From Guillardia theta CCMP2712 (lineage: Eukaryota; Protista; Cryptophyta), in the NCBI RefSeq assembly GCF_000315625.1, contig NW_005434433.1, positions 1 through 41,123 of the forward strand: a DNA stretch of 41,123 bases, given 5' to 3'. The position numbers were made by a program, and so were the translations under genes. This document shows, one piece after another, positions 30,064 through 38,700 of this stretch. Position 1 is the stretch's first letter, and each line of letters opens with the position of its first letter. The notes beneath the pieces were generated by a model, which was not told where the DNA came from, made no database searches, and saw nothing but the letters and a program-made list of their open reading frames with translations.

Positions 30064-33000
30064 ATGCATCCCGCCGATGCAATAAACCACGCGTCAAACC
30101 TGAGCCTCGACTACGATGGCATCCGCATCGTGTATCCCAACACCACCTTTGGGCCAGGGCTCGGTGAGGATCTCGAGGCAGAGGCGGAAGCACTGCTCGA
30201 TGAGATCTCCGCAATGCCGATCCTCGAGATGGTGGAGAGCGCAGAGCCAGATCACGAAGAGCTCAGCGAGCACGTCGAGGAATGCCTAGACACGGAATTC
30301 CCGCAGCTCGACGCAGTCTACGATGCATCCATCGAGAAGGACATCCAGATGCTTTGGCAGAACGTTAAGGGGGTTGCGCTCCTCACGGACCGCCCGTTCC
30401 GGATCAGGGCTAGCAGGAAGACATTCGAAGACGTCGACTCCGAGGAGGAATTTAACGAGCCCGACAGCAAGAAGCGGATGGGGCCCGAACCGGAGAACCC
30501 ACCGGAGGATATCGTCTATGCTAACGAGGATGAGGAATTCAAGCAGAGGATGCAAAAACGCATCGACAACCTGAAGCGCAAGCAAAAGCTCTACTGGAAC
30601 AACGACGTGAACGACCAGGCCTACTATCTGGCCTTGCAGATCATAGCGGCCCAGAAGGCCACCAGGGGGTATCTGCAACAACTGCGCAAGGCGCGACGTG
30701 AAAATCCGGCTATAGTCGATATGATGAAGCAGCTGCTCGATGTAGAGATCCAAAACCTGCGATCGCTCCGCAAGAAGCAAGAGGATCTCATGCAGATCTC
30801 GAGTGTGAAGGAGCAGAACATGCTCATCAAGAAGATCCGTTTCTACGAGAACCTCTTGCGATCTGCCACCCAGCGTGTGGACATCCCGGATTTCCTCAGC
30901 CTGCAGAAAATGGAGGAGCAGAGCAAGATGGCCTTCTTCGGCGTCACACTGCCGCCCAAGGTTCAGGGCCTTCAACCCTCCGAGATCACCAGCAAGCGGT
31001 ACGATCTCATCCCGAACAAGCAGGAATTCCCAGAGGGTCCAGATGGCATCCTGCAGTTCTTGGAGTCCAAGAAGCCAAAACCCATCGAGAACGAGTGGCT
31101 GCCATCCGGCATCTACACCCTCATCCACCTCGAAACGCTGCGGATGGAGTTGAACGAACAACCGGACGAAGACCCGTTCTGGGAAAAGGAGTTGCAGGAC
31201 GCAGCGGAATTCCTCCGTAACGAGATCTCGCAGCATGACCTCGATACATACTGCTCCCATTACGGACAGGTGATGCGCAACATGCGGAATTCCATCTTCC
31301 GCGAGGTGAAACTCCTGCGCAACCACTACCTCCATCTGCACGAGAGCGCCCTTGTCCGATATCAACAGGCCAACCTCGACGGGACGAGCGATTTCTACAA
31401 CGAGTGCTTCCAATACCTGATCAATTGCCAGAATCTCGGGGATACCGACAAGGCCAAACTGATCAAGACGATCACGAAGAAAAACCTGACGTTTTTCATG
31501 CAGAATTTCCAGGACACACGCTGGATGGCACTGATCGTGGGCGACAAGGAACTGTGGAACAACAGGGTGCGTAAAATCAAGCGCAACTCGAGCGAGATTG
31601 CATCCGAGAAGTGGGACCTCTTTGTGATGGCCAAGACCAAGGCCATCGAGGCCTGCATCTCCAAAATCACACAGGCACGGACGATCCTGCAGCTGCACAC
31701 ACTGCAGAACTACGATCGGACGCAGCTGACCACCCCGACCAAGGTGCAGGCCATCATGCTGAGGGGCATCATCGCCATACACAATGCCATGACACAGGCA
31801 CCGGTGAGGATGAACATCCAGGAGCTCATGTCTGACGTCAACATAGCCAACCTCCCCTTCTTCGGGAGAAACCAAGGCATCATGCGGGCACTCCGTGGTT
31901 TCAGCCCCTTTGTCTTCATGCTCAAGCAAAACGACATCATAGAGAGCCTCATGCAAAACTTCAAGGGCATACCCCCGCCAACGATCCCAAGCGCCACGGC
32001 GAAGCTCAAGGACCGCGTGGAATGCCTCAAGAACCTCGATCGGTGGATGCGGCGCCTCATGCCGATCTACACCTTCTTCAACCTGCAGAACAACACCTAC
32101 AAGGATATCAGCAAGTTATTCCCGGAGACCACAATGCAGGCCTCGAGCCGATTCGAGGCGTTCAAGCAGGCGGTGCTCGATCTACGGCAGCAGACGCTGG
32201 AGCGCTACAAATCCATCATGGACTCTAATTACATCTACCTGCGCAACATTCAGCCGGAGGCGGAGGAGCCGGCAGAGAGCATGCAAGAGGCCGAGGAGGT
32301 GCAACCGCCCGAGAGCGAATTCACCGAGCAATCCGAGTTCAGCCTGGGTGCAATCATCGGGATGCCAATCGTTCTGCAGAGAAGGAAGAAAAAGGTGAAG
32401 GTCGCACGCAAACCGGCATCGACAAGCAGGCGACACCAGAGAAACATGCAAAGGATCACTCTAGCACGATTCATGTCCTACTGCAAGGCATCCAGGTCGA
32501 TGCTCAAGGATCTCTTTCAGACAGGTATCCTTGTCCTGACACACACCAAGATGAAGACACAGAGGCTGCAGACCTTCATCCCTTACTTCGGGGTGCAGCA
32601 AGCGGGCTGCACGCAGCTGATCATACAGAGCTTCACCTACGCCCTCTCCAACACGTCGGCAGGGCATCGCAAACTGCTCGAGACCCTCAATGATTACTTC
32701 AAGGCCAATCTCGATGCATTCAGCCACACCATGTATTACATCCTCCTGGCATTGAACAACATACCGAATGCATCGAACCTGCTCAAGAACAAGATATTCC
32801 AACTTCAGGAGCAGGTGCAATCCACGCTGGTGATTACGAACAGCCTGACAACAGAGATTGCCATGAATAACAAGCAAAAGAAGGACTTCCTGCTGAAACT
32901 CAACGCATCCCTGACAGAGTACCAGCGATGCACCAACACACTGAACCGCGTCCTGCACCAATTCTCGGTCGAGCAATCCAGCAACATCCACCTCCATCAC

Positions 33001-36000
33001 TTCCAGACGGCTTGCATTCAGGTGTTCCTGAAACGCCTCATGTATCTGTCCCCCGAGATGAAGGTCGACGTCGACAACGAGTTGGAGATGCTGCATTCCA
33101 TCATCTTCAATGTGGAGCACCTGCCCAAGTCCGCAGCGACACTCCATCAAGCGACCCTCGGTGTGCCTTTCACAGCAGATTCAACATCTGAGATAGAGCC
33201 CGAAGAGGCCGAGACAGCATCTGCGGCAGATGCCACCTCTGAGCAAGAGTCAGAAGAGGCCGAGACACAAGCTGCCACCAATGAAGAGGAGGACGATGGC
33301 GTCGATGTCAATATGGACCCACAAAAAATCGAAATAAAGAAGCATGACAATGCTGAAGGTTCCAATCCTGAACAGCTGCAGGAACAGAAGGCAGCACAAT
33401 TCAATGGTTTCTTTGTAGTCCGGCCCAACAAACCGTTCTACCCCTTGCTGGACCAGGAGGATGCAAGTTTCGTCGGTGGCTCAGAAAAAGGGCTGTACAT
33501 TGCACAAACCATACAGCAGACCTACAATGACCTAAAAACATTCATCCGAACTACAGTGCTGAACATAGTCCAACAGAACGTCATCCCCTTTATGCAGGCT
33601 GATCAACAGATGCTCCCAGCCTTGCAATACGTCCATGCTGAAGAGGTGCATCGTCAGATCCTTGACTTCATGAACATGCATGAACTAACAAGTGATTTGA
33701 CCACACTCAGTCAGCGGATGAAAAGGTTCAATGCTTACCAGATAGTCATGAGGATGGGTATCGAACCTCCAAGAAGTAACTGGGTGGTTGGAGTTGTCAA
33801 GCTGTGGCACAGCATCTTACTCATGCTCCTGCGATTCGACGCAAAACTAAACGTAAAGTTCAACGAGATCCCCATTTTCACGGGTAGAGAGATGACATTG
33901 AGCAACATCAATCCGCAACTGAGCAAGCACGACGTCCTTGATCTGATCTTCGACCATTTCGCATACGATTGCTGGGTGCCAACAAACAGGCCAGCCCTAG
34001 GCAACCCACCCGTCTTTGCGCAGGCCGGAGCGCACAACAAAACCTACCTATTCTACAACATGCAACCCATACAATGGAATCAAGGCGAGGATTCATCCAG
34101 CATACAACTGATCTTCAATTATGCTGCAGATGCCAAGGTGTTCAGAGACACCATCATGCGGATGAGCGACAGGCATGCTGCGAAGTTATTCATCGACGGC
34201 AAGCCCGAGGTCTCGGAGGATGCAGACACCCTCGCGCTGCTGCCCGCCGCATACACAAAGGTATTCGTCAACAAGCTCGAGACCGCAACACACGAGCTTC
34301 TGAACGACTTTGCCAGCATCAACGAGAAGTACCTGATCGCATTCGGCATCAACAGGACGACGATCAACGAGCGCTTCAAAGCACGGCAGGATGCCTGCTA
34401 CAGGCTTGGGAACTCTGTACAGTTTACGACGTTCACCATAAAGAACCGATTGCACAACATGCTGTTCCAAACGCCGAGTTTCAAGGAGAACCTGCGGGCT
34501 GAGCTCGATCACATCTGCGACATTGTCAAGACATTCACCATTGAAAATTTCGCACCGTTCGTCAACCGGATGCAAAAGCTAGAACAGATCCCTACGTTGT
34601 ACGCCGAGCCCAAGCCCATGACTTGTCACACCTACGTCATGTACGAACGCATGAAAAACGGTTACATGCAGCACGTGCTGGACAAGCAGGACGATTTCAA
34701 TGACGTGCATCGACTCTCCGCCCTGTGCCTATTGCAGGAGTCGCTGATCGAAAGGAGGAAGAACATGGAGAAGCTCTTCCCGATCAACCACACCAACTCC
34801 GAATTCACCTCCAATCTCGAGTTCGACACCAAGCAAGAGCTCTACGATCACCTCTCCCACGAGCTCAAGAAACACCTCGAGGTATTCGTAGAGCAGAACA
34901 ACGTGGTGGAATCAAGGTACGATGCATATGCTTGTGCTCTCCCACGGCTTGATGCATTCTCACAGGTAAACCAATACCCCACTCCCATGCAACGATACAA
35001 CGACACACAATACAGCCCACACGTGGGGCAGGCGATCTTCGACCAGGGATCGCAAACCGGCCTGCCGTTCAACAGGTTCATGTCCAACAGCGACCCAGAG
35101 AGGCCGTACCAGGCACGCGAGGACATCCAGAAGATCTCGGTCGTGCACTGGGGGCAGCGCAAGCTGTTCGTCGCGGAGATGTCGTTCCTCTCGGCACACT
35201 ACACCCCATCCATCACGACCGTGGTGTACGCCGGTGCCGCGCCAGGGACACACTTGGTCGAGCTCATGCTGAAATTCCAGAAGCTCTCATGGGTGCTCGT
35301 CGACCCCGAGCCCTTCCATCACAAATTGCGCGATTTCTACTCGTCGAGCGTGACGCTCATCCAAGACCGCTTCACCGACGCGTTCGCGGCCCAATTCGCA
35401 GGGAGGAACGACGTCCTGTTCATCTCGGACATCCGCACTGCCGATCACAACCGCGACAACAAGGAGGAGAACGAGCGGAAGATTGCACAGGACATGCAGA
35501 ACCAGAAGCGATGGTTCCGGATCATGAATCCAGTGGCCGCACTCTTGAAGTTCAGGCTCCCCTGGGACAATAGGATGACAACCTACCCCATGGGAAAGAT
35601 CCAGTATCCCGTCTGGGGGCGCGTGTCCACGACGGAGACACAGCTTATCGTGCTTCAAAACGCTCCCGACACGGTGTACGACAACAAGAGGTACGAGAGC
35701 AAGATGTTTTATCATAACACGATCGCGAGGGTGGGGAGATACCTGGAGGGTATCGAGGATACAGGCATCCAGTTTGATTTCTGCTATGATTGCACGGCAG
35801 AGATCCAGGAATGGAAGAACTACAACCAGTGGCAACTGGCCTATGAGTGGAGCCAGCACGTCCAAGCAAAGAAGATCAAACCGAAGAGCATGCAGCGCGA
35901 GTGGGAGAAGTTCCAGGCAGACTTCTGGAGACGGACCAGCATCCCGTCGCAGGCAGGCAAGCTCTCCGTCGCCCTGGGAGGGCAGAACACCGAGTTGATC

Positions 36001-36129
36001 AAGAAGCCGCCAGATGCAACGTCCTCCTCCGGTTCGACGTCGGCCGCATCCAACAATTCCAACATCACGGGAGAGATGCAAAACGCCTGCGTGGGATGCG
36101 GACAACTCCTCTTCACGCATATCGAATAA
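30064..36129 (+). CDS. ~2020-aa helical protein with C-terminal VP39/poly(A)-polymerase-regulatory-subunit-like cap 2'-O-methyltransferase domain
   Basis: Domain at ~35100-35810: HWGQRKLFVAEMSFL, VVYAGAAPGTH, WVLVDP, LFISDIRT, LLKFRLPW, STTETQL, CYDC. TATAAAA at 30033; first ATG at 30064. Confidence 0.88.
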   Translation: MHPADAINHASNLSLDYDGIRIVYPNTTFGPGLGEDLEAEAEALLDEISAMPILEMVESAEPDHEELSEHVEECLDTEFPQLDAVYDASIEKDIQMLWQNVKGVALLTDRPFRIRASRKTFEDVDSEEEFNEPDSKKRMGPEPENPPEDIVYANEDEEFKQRMQKRIDNLKRKQKLYWNNDVNDQAYYLALQIIAAQKATRGYLQQLRKARRENPAIVDMMKQLLDVEIQNLRSLRKKQEDLMQISSVKEQNMLIKKIRFYENLLRSATQRVDIPDFLSLQKMEEQSKMAFFGVTLPPKVQGLQPSEITSKRYDLIPNKQEFPEGPDGILQFLESKKPKPIENEWLPSGIYTLIHLETLRMELNEQPDEDPFWEKELQDAAEFLRNEISQHDLDTYCSHYGQVMRNMRNSIFREVKLLRNHYLHLHESALVRYQQANLDGTSDFYNECFQYLINCQNLGDTDKAKLIKTITKKNLTFFMQNFQDTRWMALIVGDKELWNNRVRKIKRNSSEIASEKWDLFVMAKTKAIEACISKITQARTILQLHTLQNYDRTQLTTPTKVQAIMLRGIIAIHNAMTQAPVRMNIQELMSDVNIANLPFFGRNQGIMRALRGFSPFVFMLKQNDIIESLMQNFKGIPPPTIPSATAKLKDRVECLKNLDRWMRRLMPIYTFFNLQNNTYKDISKLFPETTMQASSRFEAFKQAVLDLRQQTLERYKSIMDSNYIYLRNIQPEAEEPAESMQEAEEVQPPESEFTEQSEFSLGAIIGMPIVLQRRKKKVKVARKPASTSRRHQRNMQRITLARFMSYCKASRSMLKDLFQTGILVLTHTKMKTQRLQTFIPYFGVQQAGCTQLIIQSFTYALSNTSAGHRKLLETLNDYFKANLDAFSHTMYYILLALNNIPNASNLLKNKIFQLQEQVQSTLVITNSLTTEIAMNNKQKKDFLLKLNASLTEYQRCTNTLNRVLHQFSVEQSSNIHLHHFQTACIQVFLKRLMYLSPEMKVDVDNELEMLHSIIFNVEHLPKSAATLHQATLGVPFTADSTSEIEPEEAETASAADATSEQESEEAETQAATNEEEDDGVDVNMDPQKIEIKKHDNAEGSNPEQLQEQKAAQFNGFFVVRPNKPFYPLLDQEDASFVGGSEKGLYIAQTIQQTYNDLKTFIRTTVLNIVQQNVIPFMQADQQMLPALQYVHAEEVHRQILDFMNMHELTSDLTTLSQRMKRFNAYQIVMRMGIEPPRSNWVVGVVKLWHSILLMLLRFDAKLNVKFNEIPIFTGREMTLSNINPQLSKHDVLDLIFDHFAYDCWVPTNRPALGNPPVFAQAGAHNKTYLFYNMQPIQWNQGEDSSSIQLIFNYAADAKVFRDTIMRMSDRHAAKLFIDGKPEVSEDADTLALLPAAYTKVFVNKLETATHELLNDFASINEKYLIAFGINRTTINERFKARQDACYRLGNSVQFTTFTIKNRLHNMLFQTPSFKENLRAELDHICDIVKTFTIENFAPFVNRMQKLEQIPTLYAEPKPMTCHTYVMYERMKNGYMQHVLDKQDDFNDVHRLSALCLLQESLIERRKNMEKLFPINHTNSEFTSNLEFDTKQELYDHLSHELKKHLEVFVEQNNVVESRYDAYACALPRLDAFSQVNQYPTPMQRYNDTQYSPHVGQAIFDQGSQTGLPFNRFMSNSDPERPYQAREDIQKISVVHWGQRKLFVAEMSFLSAHYTPSITTVVYAGAAPGTHLVELMLKFQKLSWVLVDPEPFHHKLRDFYSSSVTLIQDRFTDAFAAQFAGRNDVLFISDIRTADHNRDNKEENERKIAQDMQNQKRWFRIMNPVAALLKFRLPWDNRMTTYPMGKIQYPVWGRVSTTETQLIVLQNAPDTVYDNKRYESKMFYHNTIARVGRYLEGIEDTGIQFDFCYDCTAEIQEWKNYNQWQLAYEWSQHVQAKKIKPKSMQREWEKFQADFWRRTSIPSQAGKLSVALGGQNTELIKKPPDATSSSGSTSAASNNSNITGEMQNACVGCGQLLFTHIE

Positions 36130-36140
36130 ACGGTTTTATT
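36125..36140. terminator. Back-to-back polyadenylation signals of convergent genes
   Basis: AATAAA (36125-36130, +) and TTTATT (36135-36140, -) each contain the TAA stop of the respective gene. Confidence 0.65.
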
Positions 36141-37591
36141 CCTTATCCCCTACCACGACTACCGATTTCTTCACCGCTGTCCCCACTGCCTTTGCAACCT
36201 GCTTTTTCACCTTGCTCTGCTGCACCTTTTCTGGCACCATTGATTCCACCACGGGTGCGGAGACACTATCCTTGCAACAGCTCACCGACGGCAGCTCGAA
36301 CCTCTTTTTGGGTGCTTCCATCGGCGCTTGCACCGACGGCAGTTTGAAGCGCTTTGCACTGCTCTCCAACATCACACCCTCGGCATTCTCCATGTCGTCA
36401 TCCTCATAGGCCCAATCTAAAGGCATCGGACAGAAGTTTGCCTGCAGCAACGCACCGCGCATAAACACCTCGTCGTCTAGGAAGTAATGCATGGCATTCA
36501 TCCCGAACATCATCTTGTAGTGCTGCTGTGTTGTCCCCACGTACCATACGGACTTGCTCTGTTGCAGTTTCTCGTACTCCACCGACGAGGGATCCATCGA
36601 CAACTTCCTCAGGTCCACGCGGTATGGCATCACATCGGGGATTATCACAAAGAAGTCACGATCAATCTCTCCACCCACGATCATGCACGGTGTGAAATCC
36701 ACCTTGATGATGCGCTTGTAGAAATGATTCAAAGTCGCGGTGAGCAGCGGAGTGTCGTTGGGCATTGGCATCATCCCCAGCCTGAAGCACAGCCGGTCTC
36801 CCGAATTCAGCTCGATGTGCCGCCAGTAATTGATGAGGTCCTTCGTGTGCCCCTCCACATTCATGCTCGTGACGTGATTCACCGCCAGCATCACAGGGCT
36901 CATCCCCACCTCGTGCATCCCGCCCTGTTTCTCCGACCCAGCACACACCCCAAAGGGGACCACGGCATTCAGGAAGATCGCCAACACATCCCTGATCTCT
37001 CGATCCTTGAAAACCTTGAAGTCGGAGTTCGAGACCGTCTGCCCAAGGATGTCCATGAGGAAATTCCTCCACTGTGCGTCACTCAGCGATGGGGTCCAAT
37101 CATCGAGCCTCACCCGCCTCCAGACATGCTGCAGGCCAAAGAGGATGTAATTCAGCGTTGGCAAATTGATGAATGCAGTCAGGTGCGTGCCGCTGTCCTT
37201 CACACCCTCGGCAGCCTTCACGGTGACACCCAGCGTGTTCTGCACAGACCGCAGCCTCAGCGACCAGGCGATGTCACCGTAATCCACCGCGTGCGAGATG
37301 CGCACCATCCCCTTGCCGTCGCCAATCGGTGGCAGCATGATCTCGGGCACAATCTTCTGTATCCTGTACGGGACATTGAGGTAAGATGTCTGGGTGCTGA
37401 GCCTTGCGGAATCCCCATACACGTAAGGGGTGATGCCCCCCCAGCAACGCGTTGTTGTAGTTGATCCGCGCATCGGGAGTCCCATTGAGGCCATATGGCA
37501 GACCCTCCGTATTAAGGGGCGGCAATGGCCCGCTGTTCATCACCACCTCTGGCATACGCGGATTGCCTAGATTCCCGTAAAAGTCAGACAT
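36136..37591 (-). CDS. ~484-aa protein interrupted by one extra base in a G7 run; possible capsid triplex-like protein
   Basis: ORFs 37274-37591 and 36136-37494 join as NNALLGG-ITPYVYG if G7 (37436-37442) is G6. TATAAAA lies upstream. The triplex idea rests only on the VEG..NYW..SGDRL pattern and genomic context (weak). Confidence 0.7.
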
Positions 37592-37783
37592 TCCTGCAAT
37601 TCTCTAGGGTACACTGAAGGGCAGCTCTTTTATACACTCGTAACCGCATGTACCCTCATATTATCTACCATCTTTTGAGCATCGCCGGAATCATCCAAGA
37701 TACGCCACAAGATGGCGAGTTTGCAGAAGACCGCATCATCCCATGGCACACAGCCTACGCGTGAGAACAAAAGGCATTTCTTG

Positions 37784-37791
37784 TATTTAAA
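37784..37791 (+). promoter_or_regulatory. TATTTAAA promoter box
   Basis: 25 nt before ATG 37816, the same spacing as the 27778 box. Confidence 0.65.
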
Positions 37792-37815
37792 TCTGCACAC
37801 ATCTTCCTGACAAGG

Positions 37816-38271
37816 ATGATTCGATTCCAATCTTGCACATACGACATCCAATGCGAGGGGAAAGACGTAGCCATTCTCACACTAAGAGATCCAACTGAAT
37901 ACTTCGTCTTGGCTCTTGAGACATCGACAGGCAATATGGAAAAGCACCTCAGTGGCTTGAAGCATTCAGAGAACATCCAACACCTTGCAAACAAGGGGTT
38001 CCGAACTGATTACGTCCAAGCTCTGAGAGACATGTCCCCTCAAGCATACCCCGCTTTTCGTCAAAAGCTGTTGGACCCAACATGGAAATTCGAGTATCAC
38101 CAAGCCCTGTGCGCTCACAAAGATATCCTCAAAAAGGCCAAACGTTACAAGAAGGCCATGAAAGAAGGGAGGTACGTTGATTGCATGGACTTGTCACCGA
38201 TGCATATGGACAGTCTCAACAAGACCAACAACTTCATTGAGAAGGTCATTGCTGAAACATTTTTTGTTTGA
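37816..38271 (+). CDS. Hypothetical protein
   Basis: 151-aa ORF with upstream TATTTAAA. Confidence 0.75.
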   Translation: MIRFQSCTYDIQCEGKDVAILTLRDPTEYFVLALETSTGNMEKHLSGLKHSENIQHLANKGFRTDYVQALRDMSPQAYPAFRQKLLDPTWKFEYHQALCAHKDILKKAKRYKKAMKEGRYVDCMDLSPMHMDSLNKTNNFIEKVIAETFFV

Positions 38272-38370
38272 TTGTACAATATAGCATTGGATGTGATAAA
38301 CATCGTTAAAACAAAAAAAATTGTTCGCAAACGCTCGCTCACCTTGTCCCACCACCCCCCACACCACATT

Positions 38371-38700
38371 ATGTCATGGGATTCCAACGAGGAGATCATC
38401 AGCTATCTGATCGCGGCGCAGATCTGCCCACCGCTCCCCATGGTGATGCTGCACGAGGCAACCGGGGAGAACAAGATCTGCAACTCCCACGACCTCCTCT
38501 TTGAGATGACAAGGCAGTGCTTCCAACACGCGGAGGCTCTCAGCGACGAGACGCGGAACCGCATGACGGCACAGAAGATGCAACTCTACGACGGCCTCGT
38601 CGCAGCCCTCTGCAATATCGACACAGGGATGCCAAGAGATGCCGACCCCGCATCCTGGAGCATGCAATCGCGGCAGACCGTCTACAACCTTTTATTTTAA
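38371..38700 (+). CDS. Hypothetical protein whose stop codon is at the start of the right repeat array
   Basis: ATG at 38371 (MSWDSNEE) after a C-rich leader; TAA 38698-38700 coincides with the first bases of the repeat. Confidence 0.65.
   Translation: MSWDSNEEIISYLIAAQICPPLPMVMLHEATGENKICNSHDLLFEMTRQCFQHAEALSDETRNRMTAQKMQLYDGLVAALCNIDTGMPRDADPASWSMQSRQTVYNLLF

Noticed and set aside
37630-37851. 73-aa minus-strand ORF
   Set aside because: Non-ATG start, overlaps the promoters of both neighbours, no motif; not supportable.
38337-38399. Strong minus-strand donor AAG|GTGAGC at ~38342 as the missing terminase exon end
   Set aside because: Upstream sequence is short, antisense to the 38371 gene and has no ATPase/Walker A motif.
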